From Candidatus Woesearchaeota archaeon (GTDB lineage Archaea; Nanobdellota; Nanobdellia; SCGC-AAA011-G17; CAYFGV01), in the NCBI GenBank assembly GCA_964342845.1, contig CAYFGV010000005.1, forward strand, positions 1-40,429: a stretch of 40,429 nucleotides of DNA, read 5' to 3'. The notes beneath the pieces are model-generated. The model searched no databases. It saw only the letters and a program-made list of their open reading frames with translations, and was not told where the DNA came from. Below are positions 18,882 to 27,362 of this stretch, piece after piece. The position numbers and the translations under genes were made by a program. Position 1 is the first letter of the stretch; the number at the start of each line of letters is the position of its first letter.

Positions 18882-19775
18882 TTCTTTTTTAAATTCTTCT
18901 GAAAATAAATTAGAATCTAATTCGTTAATTTGTTTTTTCCAGTTTATTTTAGGTAATTTAGTTAAATTGCTTGTTAGTTGTTTTCCTAAACTTTTTTGAA
19001 TGTATTTTGCTTGTTCTGAACCGAATAGTTTGGTTGCTGGGAATTTAGTGAATGCGTTTGCACCTGCTTGTATTAGTTCTGGAACTTCTTTGTATCTTCT
19101 TGCTGTTGTGCCTGCGATTATTTCTAAATTAGGAAATTCTTTTCTTGTTTGTTTTATCCACCAGAAATATTCTTTTTTAGGAGGACCATCTTTATTTTCA
19201 TATATAGTTGTTTTTATTGGTTTTAATGGGTAGAAAGTTATTCTGTTTAATTTATATTTTTTTATGAATTCTTTTAAAGTTTTGAAGTCTTCTTTTGTTT
19301 CTCCTAAGCCTATGATTATTGTTATACTTCTTTTTAGGTTTTTAGAGTTTTTGAACATTTCTTCATAGTTTTTAATTGGTTTATCTGGACAGATTTCAGA
19401 ATGAAGTTTTGTGTTTGTTGTCTCTATAGAAGAGACTATGCCTTTTATGTATGGTTTGAAAAGTTCTAAATCTTGTTTTTCAATTACTCCTAGATTTATC
19501 CATATCTTTTCTTTGTAGACTGAGGTTATTAATTTTAAGATGTTTTCTAATTCTTTTGGAGTGTATATCTTGTACCCTCCGGTTAAGAATTCTATTCTCC
19601 AGTTTAGGTTTTTACATAGAAGGGTTTCTACGATTAAAGAAGCTAAAGATCTTTTTGCTTTTTTTGGATGTTTTATTTTATGTTTTATTGTTGATCTATA
19701 ACAGAATTTACAAGTTCCTTTGTCGCAGTACCAACTAAGGAAAAGACATCTTCCGTACCAACAGTTAGATTTCAT
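18882..19775 (-). CDS. BioB-like radical SAM protein, 3' end lost in the gap
   Basis: WYCDKGTCKFCY (CX4CX2C), EFLTGG, IETTN...ICPDKP, IIIGLGET, GANAFTKFP. Confidence 0.85.
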
Positions 19776-19812
19776 AAGATTTTTGGAGAATTAGACGTTT
19801 ATAAAGGATTTG

Positions 19813-19829
19813 AAATGTGTGAGCCGAGA
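19813..19829 (-). repeat. degenerate copy of the tRNA-Gly 3' end (att-like direct repeat)
   Basis: aaatgtgtgagccgaga (19813-19829) versus aaatgcgcgagccgaga (21845-21861): 15 of 17 identical. Confidence 0.7.
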
Positions 19830-19921
19830 GAATTTAATTCTGAAAGTAATTATTTAAGATAATCGATAAATTTATTAATAGGCTTTCATCTACAAAACTA
19901 ATGTAAATAAGGAGTGTAAGA

Positions 19922-20374
19922 ATGAATAAAACATTATTTGTTATTTGTTTATTGGTAGGGGTTCTGTTTTTAACTGGATGTGGTTTAACAGGAAGCGCAA
20001 TTGTTGACCCTATAGAATATCAATGTGAAATTTGTGAAGAATGCCCAGAGGAAAAAGCATTAGTAACGGCAGGTTTTAGGGATTATTACTATAATGAATA
20101 CGACGAAGATGAGATACTAATTTATTTCAATGTTTATAACTATGGCTATGTTGAAGCCAAGCACATTTATGTAACATGCAAAGTTACAGACGCCAACGAT
20201 AGAGTTGTAGTCGAAGAAGAGAGATATGTCGGAAATCTGGCTTCTAATTCTGTGGATGTTGTATATATGGAAATACCAGATCCTTACGAAGATGACGACG
20301 AAGTTCTATATTTTTATTGTGAGGCTAGTGATTGCGTCGATTGTGAATTAATAGCTCAAAGATTTTCAATGTAA
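19922..20374 (+). CDS. predicted lipoprotein, possibly Ig/CARDB-like
   Basis: Signal peptide ending LFLTGC, Cys clusters, beta-rich acidic domain (FNVYNYG...VGNL). Confidence 0.75.
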   Translation: MNKTLFVICLLVGVLFLTGCGLTGSAIVDPIEYQCEICEECPEEKALVTAGFRDYYYNEYDEDEILIYFNVYNYGYVEAKHIYVTCKVTDANDRVVVEEERYVGNLASNSVDVVYMEIPDPYEDDDEVLYFYCEASDCVDCELIAQRFSM

Positions 20375-20450
20375 AACCTTTATTTCTTCTTTTTTCTAAA
20401 TAAGGGCTGTATATTTAACATTAGATTTAAATAACTGTTTACTTTCCTTA

Positions 20451-21020
20451 TTGATTATGAAAAAACTTGCGAGATTTGATTTTACTTCAAATTCAATCAA
20501 TCAAGGAATGAGAGAAGGAGTTGAAGAAGCGGTTAGAAACCATCTTGTTTCACTAGTTCCTAGTATCGTAGATAGACAAGGAAAATTGCCTCCTTATATT
20601 ACTATGGAGGTTGGTTTTTATACAAATTTGATGGAAGAGGCTAGACGATGTTATGAATTTGGTTTATTTCATGCGACAGTTTCAATGATAGGGATAGCAG
20701 CAGAAAGATTTTGTATGGAACTGTCAGATTACTTAAAGTTTTTTGTAAATGAAAAACAAATCTCAGAAAAGGAGTTATATAATAAGGGATTTAACCACTA
20801 TAGGAGATTGTTATTTTTGCTGAAGGCGCAGTTAATTACAAAGGATACCTATAATCTTTTAGATGAAATTAGAACTATTAGGAATAAATACATTCACCCG
20901 TCTGAGATTGAAGATGTTGAAGAGGATGCGATAATTGTTATAAAAAAGTTTAATGAAATAATTAAATCAAGATTTTCTGAGAGGTATGAAATTAGAGAAG
21001 GCAAAATAGTGCCCAGGTAG
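20451..21020 (+). CDS. DUF4145/HEPN-like protein
   Basis: EARRCYEFGLFHATVSMIGIAAE helix and RNKYIH (Rx4H) motif. Confidence 0.7.
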   Translation: MIMKKLARFDFTSNSINQGMREGVEEAVRNHLVSLVPSIVDRQGKLPPYITMEVGFYTNLMEEARRCYEFGLFHATVSMIGIAAERFCMELSDYLKFFVNEKQISEKELYNKGFNHYRRLLFLLKAQLITKDTYNLLDEIRTIRNKYIHPSEIEDVEEDAIIVIKKFNEIIKSRFSERYEIREGKIVPR

Positions 21021-21113
21021 TGAATATTATGAATTTCTGCTTAAAACTTTCTAGCATTGCAAGGATTTCTACACGCGCGTGAAGTTTATAAAGGAGTTTA
21101 GCTTATTAGATGT

Positions 21114-21866
21114 ATGGTTCATAAAAAAAGAGGAGAAATAATAAGACTTATTGAAAACGATGTTTCTATACCAAAAATTTCAAAAAGACTAAATGTTGGA
21201 AAATCGACTATATATTATCATTATAAAAAAATAAAAGGTAGAAAATATCAGAAGGCGAGAATACCTGAAGATGATGAAGTTTTAGGAGAATTTTTGGGTA
21301 TATTTGCTGGAGACGGGAGTTTTATTTTTGAAAAAAAATATAGCCACTATAAAATATCAATCTCTCTTCATGCAGTTGATGATAAAGATTATGCAGAGTA
21401 TATAAGGGGTTTAATTAGGAAAAACTTTAATAAAATTGCAAGACAATATGTTAGAAGCAATATAAATTCTTTAACTATTGAATTTTATTCAAAAGATATA
21501 TATGGGATGATAAAAGAATATTTGAATATATATCCAAATAAAACCTATGACGTTCATATAAAAAGGCAGTTAGATTCGTTATCTGATAAATTTCTAATCT
21601 CTTTTACGAGAGGGATAGTTGATACGGATGGTTGTCATAAGAAGGACGGCCGTATAGTTTTGTGTCTTACGTCGAAAGAAATGATAAATCAAGTTTCTCT
21701 AATTCTTAAAAACTTTGAGATTGGTAATAAAGTATATATTAGGAGAAAGAAATTACCTTCTAGGACTCAATACGAATTAACCATACCTAAAAGATATGTA
21801 AATAGGTATATCTCTTATATTGGATTTTCTAATAAAAGAAAATTAAATGCGCGAGCCGAGATTTGA
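21114..21866 (+). CDS. free-standing HTH plus double-motif LAGLIDADG endonuclease
   Basis: N-terminal HTH (SIPKISKRLNVGKSTIYYH); motifs EFLGIFAGDGS and FTRGIVDTDGC. The stop codon lies in the antisense of the tRNA-Gly T loop. Confidence 0.9.
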   Translation: MVHKKRGEIIRLIENDVSIPKISKRLNVGKSTIYYHYKKIKGRKYQKARIPEDDEVLGEFLGIFAGDGSFIFEKKYSHYKISISLHAVDDKDYAEYIRGLIRKNFNKIARQYVRSNINSLTIEFYSKDIYGMIKEYLNIYPNKTYDVHIKRQLDSLSDKFLISFTRGIVDTDGCHKKDGRIVLCLTSKEMINQVSLILKNFEIGNKVYIRRKKLPSRTQYELTIPKRYVNRYISYIGFSNKRKLNARAEI

Positions 21867-21940
21867 ATTCCCGATCTTTTAAAAGATTCTCGGGTCACAA
21901 GATTGGCAACCTTGTATTCTAACCACTGAACTACTCACGC
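21848..21940 (-). tRNA. tRNA-Gly(GCC) with 21-nt intron at 53/54 (21868-21888)
   Basis: GCGTGAG...CAAGG-TTGCCAA-TCTTG-TGAC-CCGAG[AATCTTTTAAAAGATCGGGAA]TTCAAAT-CTCGG-CTCGCGC-A. BHB central helix CCCG/CGGG is perfect; inner helix ATCTTT/AAAGAT. Confidence 0.93.
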
Positions 21941-21987
21941 ATCTGCTTTTAGTAAAAAGTTAAGAATATTTAAGGTTTATGGTTGAT

Positions 21988-22635
21988 TTAATCTTCTTTA
22001 TTTTTCTTTTTAAATATTTGTTCTCCTTCTTTTATTAAACTCTTTAATCTTGAATCATTAAATCTTGTAAATAAATCAGTACCTTGAAGTATAGTTAAAT
22101 ATTTTCTTAATTCAGCCTCAAGCTTTGAGTATACTCCTTCTAGAGAGCTTGGTTCTTTTTCAAATCTTCTTTTTCTGAATTTTTGACTGTAAATATGGGT
22201 TATTTTAAGATATCTTTGTAGATATTCTTCTTCTCTTTCGTTGTGTTGTTTGAATGTGCCTAACCTCATGAGTAAGCATTCAACATTCCCTTTGTATGTA
22301 AGGAAAATTTCTCTTTCTTTTACTATTTGGGGTAGCTTACTCTCTTCGAATTCAGTAACTTTAGTTTTTAAATCAAAATGTGTTGTTTTAGTATATTCTT
22401 CTGGTTTAATAGCAAATTTGCTCATCATTTTTGCAAGATATACATTTACATCTTCATCAAAAACAGTTTCATTTGATTCCATTTTTAGTCTAATTCTTGT
22501 TCTTAGGATTTTGTTTAAGAAAAAGAAATCAATTGGTTCTGCGGCGAATTCACGTATATATCTGGTTTCCCCTTGACTTTCTGTATTCGGGACTAAAGTA
22601 CAATATGAGAGATCTAAATAAGATGGGTTTTCCAT
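21988..22635 (-). CDS. hypothetical protein
   Basis: 215-aa helical ORF with a TATA-like box upstream. Confidence 0.7.
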   Translation of the reverse strand: MENPSYLDLSYCTLVPNTESQGETRYIREFAAEPIDFFFLNKILRTRIRLKMESNETVFDEDVNVYLAKMMSKFAIKPEEYTKTTHFDLKTKVTEFEESKLPQIVKEREIFLTYKGNVECLLMRLGTFKQHNEREEEYLQRYLKITHIYSQKFRKRRFEKEPSSLEGVYSKLEAELRKYLTILQGTDLFTRFNDSRLKSLIKEGEQIFKKKNKED

Positions 22636-22667
22636 TTTTTATGTATCTTTTGAATCTTTATAAAGTT

Positions 22668-23363
22668 TTAGGCTATTATTTCTATATTTTCAAAATAGGG
22701 TTTAATTGTTTCTTTTAATTTATTCAAATATTCTTTTGAGGTGTCTTTTTTTGTTTTGAATTTAATATCTATAAATTTTCCTTGATTTTTAAATGGTTGT
22801 AAACAGTATTTCTTTGGTTTTTTTCTTGTTATAGAATTTAACCATTTTGCTATTTTTATCATTTCTTCTTGAGTGTGGATGTCTTGTATAATTGTTGTTC
22901 TGAATTCGTAGTATTCTAAATTAGAAATTAATTTTATGCTTTTTTCAATATTTTCTAGGTCAACTTTTGAGTTTGTTACTTTTTGATAATTTTCTTTACT
23001 TGATTTTATGTCCATTGCAATGTAGTCTACTAAATGTGTTACTTCTTTTATTTTTTCTGGAAAACTTCCATTTGTATCGATTTTTATTAGGTATCCTAGT
23101 TTTTTAATTTTTTTTAGGAAATTTAAGTTTAGAGATAATAATGGTTCTCCACCAGTTATACAAACTCCTTCTAATTGTTTTTTTCTTTTAATTAAGAAAT
23201 CTATAGTTTCTTTTTCTGAGATATTTGTTTTATTTTCTTTTAAGACAAGTTCCGGGTTATGACAAAAACCACAATTAAAGTTACATCCAAAAAGAAAAAT
23301 AGTGGATGCTATCTTTTCTGGGTAATCTATTAGTGTTATTTTTTGTAAACCTTTAATTTTCAT
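22668..23363 (-). CDS. nrdG: anaerobic ribonucleotide reductase activating enzyme
   Basis: GCNFNCGFCHNP, ITGGEP, KIDTNG, YEFRTT; in an operon with nrdD. Confidence 0.95.
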   Translation of the reverse strand: MKIKGLQKITLIDYPEKIASTIFLFGCNFNCGFCHNPELVLKENKTNISEKETIDFLIKRKKQLEGVCITGGEPLLSLNLNFLKKIKKLGYLIKIDTNGSFPEKIKEVTHLVDYIAMDIKSSKENYQKVTNSKVDLENIEKSIKLISNLEYYEFRTTIIQDIHTQEEMIKIAKWLNSITRKKPKKYCLQPFKNQGKFIDIKFKTKKDTSKEYLNKLKETIKPYFENIEIIA

Positions 23364-23485
23364 TCTTTACAAGGTTCAAACACCTTTCTGTCTTTCCATT
23401 CTGATTGTTTTCCTTCATTCCATTGTTCGACAGGACGTAAGTATCCTACTATTCTGGAATATCTTTCACATTTTGTTCTTTCCAT
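23360..23485 (-). CDS. stand-alone glycyl-radical peptide of the class III RNR (41 aa)
   Basis: Not in the ORF track. MERTKCERYSRIVGYLRPVEQWNEGKQSEWKDRKVFEPCKE, with SD AAGGAGGT at about 23493-23500 and ATGA overlap with nrdG. Confidence 0.92.
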   Translation of the reverse strand: MERTKCERYSRIVGYLRPVEQWNEGKQSEWKDRKVFEPCKE

Positions 23486-23499
23486 TTTTTTAACCTCCT

Positions 23500-25515
23500 T
23501 TATTTTTCTTTGTACCCATTTTCTTGGTCACATTTTGGACAATATTCGTGATCTCCATTTAAGTAGCCGTGTTTTGGACATATTGAAAATGTAGGTGTTA
23601 TTGTGAAGTATGGTAAGTTATAGTTTTCTGCGATTTTTTTGATTAACAGTTTTACTGATTCTGTTGGTATTCTTTCTCCTATAAATCCATGGAAAACTGT
23701 TCCTCCTGTGTATTGTGTCTGTAAATTATCTTGCAAATCTAATGCTTCGAATAAATCGTTTGTATAGTTTACAGGTAGTTGTGATGAATTTGTGTAGTAT
23801 GGCTTTGCGTCATCTGTTATTACTGCTTTTTCATTTGCAACTATTATTCTTCCAAATCTTTGTTTGTCTTTTCTTGCTAATCTGTATGATGTTCCTTCTG
23901 CTGGTGTTGCTTCTAAATTGTATATGTTTCCTGTTTCTTGTTGAAACTCTTCTAGTTTAGTTCGCATAAATTTAAGAACTTTTATTGCAAATTCTCTTCC
24001 TTTAGGTGTTCCTATATTCTCTCCAGGCATAAGGTTCATTACTGATTCATTCATACCAACTAATCCGATTGTAGAGAAGTGGTTTTTCCAATATTGATTA
24101 AATCTTTTTTTTATGTCTCTTAAGTAAAATTTAGAATATGGGTATAAACCTCTTTCGCTGAATCTTTCGATTGCTTTTCTTTTTATTTCTAAGGATTCTT
24201 TCCCTAGTTCCATTAAATGGGCTAATTTTTCTAAGAAATCTTCTTCTGATGTTGAATTGAATCCTAGACGGGGCATGTTTATTGTTACAACACCTATACT
24301 TCCTGTTTGTGGGTTTGCGCCGAATAAACCACCTCCTCTTTTTCTTAGTTCTGTGTTATCTATCCTAAGTCTACAACACATACTTCTTGCATCTTCTGGT
24401 TTCATGTCTGAGTTAATGAAATTAGAGAAATAAGGAATACCATATTTAGCTGTCATTTCCCAGATTGGTTGATATTCTTGGTTATTCCAGTCAAAGTCTT
24501 TTGTTATATTGTATGTAGGGATAGGGAATGTGAAAACACGACTGTTTGCGTCTCCTTCTAACATACACTCTGCAAATGCTTTGTTGATTATTTTTATTTC
24601 TTCTTCAAATTCTTTGTATGTTTCTTTTTGAGGTTTTCCACCTATGATGACTGGTTCATCTTTCATGTAGCTTGGCACTTTTAAATCCATTGTAATATTT
24701 GTGAATGGAGTTTGAAATCCAACTCTTGTTGGAACTGCTAAATTAAATAAGAATTCTTGCATGCTTTGTTTAACTTCTTTGTATGAAAGATTATCATATC
24801 TTATAAAAGGTGCGAGTAGTGTGTCAAAGTTTGAGAATGCTTGAGCTCCTGCTGTTTCTCCTTGTAGTGTGTAGAAGAAATTCACCATCTGTAGGAGTGC
24901 TGTTCTAAGGTGTTTTGGTGGTTTTGATTCTACTTTTCCTACAACTCCTTTAAAGCCTGTTATTAATAAGTCTTTTAAGTCCCAACCTACACAATATGCT
25001 CCAAGTGTACCTAGGTCGTGGATGTGTATATCTGTATTTTCATGTGCTTTTCTTATTGCTTCAGGATAAATTCTTCTTATCCAGTAATTTGAGATTATTT
25101 TGGTTGCTAGGTAGTTGTTTAATCCTTGTAATGAGAAACCCATATTTGAGTTTTCTTTGACCATCCAGTCGTCTAGGCTTATGTAATCGTCTACAGCTTC
25201 AATTGTATCGAAGAGTCCTTTTACATTTCTTAATTGTTCATGGCTTTTTCGATATAAGATATATGCTTTTGCTGTTTTTGCGTGTCCTTCTTCTATTAGT
25301 GTTTTTTCAACTGTGTCCTGTACTTCTTCAACTTCTGGTATATCATTTTCTTTATGTTTTTCTTCGATAATTTTTATTGTCATATTTGAGAGCTCTTCAA
25401 CTCTTTCTTTGTTTGTTCCTCCAACTGCTTTTACAGCTTTCCAAATAGCTTCTGTGATTTTTTCTTGTTGGAATGGAACGACACTTCCATCTCTTTTTCT
25501 TATTTTTTTTATCAT
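23500..25515 (-). CDS. nrdD: class III ribonucleoside-triphosphate reductase with ATP cone, lacking the glycyl-radical tail
   Basis: ATP cone (IRKRDG...AKAYILYR), HIHDL, AYC, SMCCRL, EATPAEG, YTGGT, CPKHG...CPKC, then a stop before any RxxGY. Confidence 0.95.
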   Translation of the reverse strand: MIKKIRKRDGSVVPFQQEKITEAIWKAVKAVGGTNKERVEELSNMTIKIIEEKHKENDIPEVEEVQDTVEKTLIEEGHAKTAKAYILYRKSHEQLRNVKGLFDTIEAVDDYISLDDWMVKENSNMGFSLQGLNNYLATKIISNYWIRRIYPEAIRKAHENTDIHIHDLGTLGAYCVGWDLKDLLITGFKGVVGKVESKPPKHLRTALLQMVNFFYTLQGETAGAQAFSNFDTLLAPFIRYDNLSYKEVKQSMQEFLFNLAVPTRVGFQTPFTNITMDLKVPSYMKDEPVIIGGKPQKETYKEFEEEIKIINKAFAECMLEGDANSRVFTFPIPTYNITKDFDWNNQEYQPIWEMTAKYGIPYFSNFINSDMKPEDARSMCCRLRIDNTELRKRGGGLFGANPQTGSIGVVTINMPRLGFNSTSEEDFLEKLAHLMELGKESLEIKRKAIERFSERGLYPYSKFYLRDIKKRFNQYWKNHFSTIGLVGMNESVMNLMPGENIGTPKGREFAIKVLKFMRTKLEEFQQETGNIYNLEATPAEGTSYRLARKDKQRFGRIIVANEKAVITDDAKPYYTNSSQLPVNYTNDLFEALDLQDNLQTQYTGGTVFHGFIGERIPTESVKLLIKKIAENYNLPYFTITPTFSICPKHGYLNGDHEYCPKCDQENGYKEK

Positions 25516-25952
25516 TTTAGGTTTTTTAGTTCTTTGTGAAACTCCTCTGGTTTTTTAAAATCTTTATAGACTGATGCAAATCTTAGGTATGCAACGTGGT
25601 CTAAATCTTTTAGTTTGCTTATTACGAGATTTCCTATAATTGAACTGGATATTTCTGTTGTATTATTCTTTTTCAAGTCTAATTCTATTTCTGAAATTAT
25701 TTGGTTTATTATATTGCTTGATATGTTTCTTTTTTCTGTTGCTTTATGTATTCCTTTTCTTATTTTTTCTTTGTTGAAGTATTCTTTTCCTCCTCCTTTT
25801 TTTACGACGATTAGATTAATTAGCTCTATTTTTTCGTAGGTTGTAAACCTGTTTTTACATTTCAGACATTCACGTCTTCTTCTGATTAGGCCTTTTGAAG
25901 GTCGTTTGTCTGTTACTTTTGTTGAATTATGGCTGCAGTATGGGCATTTCAT
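25512..25952 (-). CDS. nrdR: transcriptional repressor NrdR
   Basis: MKCPYC...IRRRRECLKCKNRFTTYE, ATP cone, VAYLRFASVYKDF. Confidence 0.96.
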   Translation of the reverse strand: MKCPYCSHNSTKVTDKRPSKGLIRRRRECLKCKNRFTTYEKIELINLIVVKKGGGKEYFNKEKIRKGIHKATEKRNISSNIINQIISEIELDLKKNNTTEISSSIIGNLVISKLKDLDHVAYLRFASVYKDFKKPEEFHKELKNLK

Positions 25953-25974
25953 AGAATGATATCACCCCTCCTTT

Positions 25975-26022
25975 ATACAATATATTGTATACTAATCTAA
26001 TTTAGCTTACAACATTTTGATT
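25975..26022. promoter_or_regulatory. tandem NrdR boxes
   Basis: Palindrome ATACAATATATTGTAT (25975-25990) and weaker TTACAACATTTTGATT (26007-26022), starts 32 bp apart, directly upstream of nrdR. Confidence 0.8.
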
Positions 26023-26156
26023 TTATAGGATATGCTGATATATAAAGATTTATAGGATTGAATTGTTATTTTTTAGTTGATGTTTATTATTTAGGATTTT
26101 TTTTGTATGTCTTTGAAATCAAAAGCTTTTTTAATTGATAAAATAAAAGTTAGAAT

Positions 26157-27353
26157 ATGGAAATTCTCAAAGAGATCAAACCAAGCAAAATAGAAGAAGC
26201 AAAAATAAAGAAGATTGTTAAAGATTTTTTAGATAGGTTAAATAGGCGTTTGGATAAAGCTAAAGCTATTGCAGGTGGTTCTTATGCTAAAGGGACTTGG
26301 TTAAAAGGAGAACATGACATTGATATTTTTGTTAGATTTAAAGAAGACGAGGATAGTTCTAAGAAATTAAAACTTGCTTTAAAAAAAGGTTTTAAACAAG
26401 TTAAAGAACTTTATGGTTCTAGACATTATTTTCAAGTTAGGTTTAAAGATATAGATTTTGAGGTGGTTCCTGTTTTAGAAATAAAGAAGGCTGAAGAAGC
26501 TATCAATGTTACTGATGTTAGTTTTTTACATGTCGAGTATGTTAAAAAAGCAAGTGCTAAATTGAAAGATGAAATAAGATTAGTTAAAAAGTTTTGTAAG
26601 GCTAATGAATTATATGGTGCTGAGACACATATTAAAGGTTTTTCAGGATATGTTTTAGAAATTCTAGTGATTTATTATGGTGGTTTTGAAAAGTTTATTA
26701 AATGGGTTTCTGATTGGGGAGATAAAGTTATAATAGATCCTGCTAAGTTTTATAAAGGTAAAAATGAGATTTTAAAAAGTTTGAATGTTTCTAAAAGAAA
26801 AGGGCCTTTGATTTTAATAGATCCTGTGCAGAAAGAAAGAAATGCATCTGCTGCAGTTAATAAAGAGAAGTTTTTGAAGTTGAAAGAATTATGTAAAATT
26901 TATGATGGTGATAAGAGTTTTTTTATTAAGAAAGAATTTAATTTAGAAATGTTGAGAGATTATTTTGTATTTGAAATTAATCCTTTAACTGGACGTAAGG
27001 ATGTTGTTGGTGGTAAATTGTTAAAGGCTTTTGAATATATGAAGAGAAGTTTGGATAAAAGAGGTTTTCATGTTTTGGATTCAGGATGGCATTGGAATAA
27101 AAGAGCTTATTTTTGGTTTAAATGTTTAGAAGTGTTGCCTGAGAAAGAAGTTCATTATGGTCCTTTTGTTAAAGATGGTGATAATGTTGAAAGGTTTAAA
27201 GAGAAGTGGAAAGGTTATAGATTATGTAAAGGAAAAGAAAGAGTTTATGTTGTTAAGGAGAGGGCTTTCTTTGATGTTGAAAAATATTTTGAGGCTTTGC
27301 TTAAGAGTGTGAATGTGAAACAAAAAGTAAGATTTATAAAGAAAGTTAGATAA
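26157..27353 (+). CDS. cca: archaeal class I CCA-adding enzyme
   Basis: GGSYAKGTWLKGEHDIDIF, YGAE, GFSGYVLE, LIDPVQKERNAS. Confidence 0.95.
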   Translation: MEILKEIKPSKIEEAKIKKIVKDFLDRLNRRLDKAKAIAGGSYAKGTWLKGEHDIDIFVRFKEDEDSSKKLKLALKKGFKQVKELYGSRHYFQVRFKDIDFEVVPVLEIKKAEEAINVTDVSFLHVEYVKKASAKLKDEIRLVKKFCKANELYGAETHIKGFSGYVLEILVIYYGGFEKFIKWVSDWGDKVIIDPAKFYKGKNEILKSLNVSKRKGPLILIDPVQKERNASAAVNKEKFLKLKELCKIYDGDKSFFIKKEFNLEMLRDYFVFEINPLTGRKDVVGGKLLKAFEYMKRSLDKRGFHVLDSGWHWNKRAYFWFKCLEVLPEKEVHYGPFVKDGDNVERFKEKWKGYRLCKGKERVYVVKERAFFDVEKYFEALLKSVNVKQKVRFIKKVR

Positions 27354-27362
27354 ATTTAATTT

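Larger units (their letters stand above)
19813..21866. mobile_element. ~2 kb islet at the tRNA-Gly 3' end, no integrase seen
   Basis: Bounded by the tRNA 3'-end repeat; three + strand ORFs that by eye lack the local T/G codon bias; carries a LAGLIDADG gene. Confidence 0.6.

Noticed and set aside
17874..19775. 633-aa radical SAM-RsmF fusion in the ORF track
   Set aside because: The join runs through a 100-N gap and the methyltransferase has its own ATG at 18764.
21114..21866. LAGLIDADG as an intein or intron-encoded ORF
   Set aside because: It has its own TATA box and ATG, lacks splicing motifs, and lies antisense to and outside the 21-nt tRNA intron.
23500..25515. nrdD as a truncated pseudogene
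   Set aside because: The missing glycyl-radical segment is intact in the adjacent ORF with its own SD, and nrdG and nrdR are intact.
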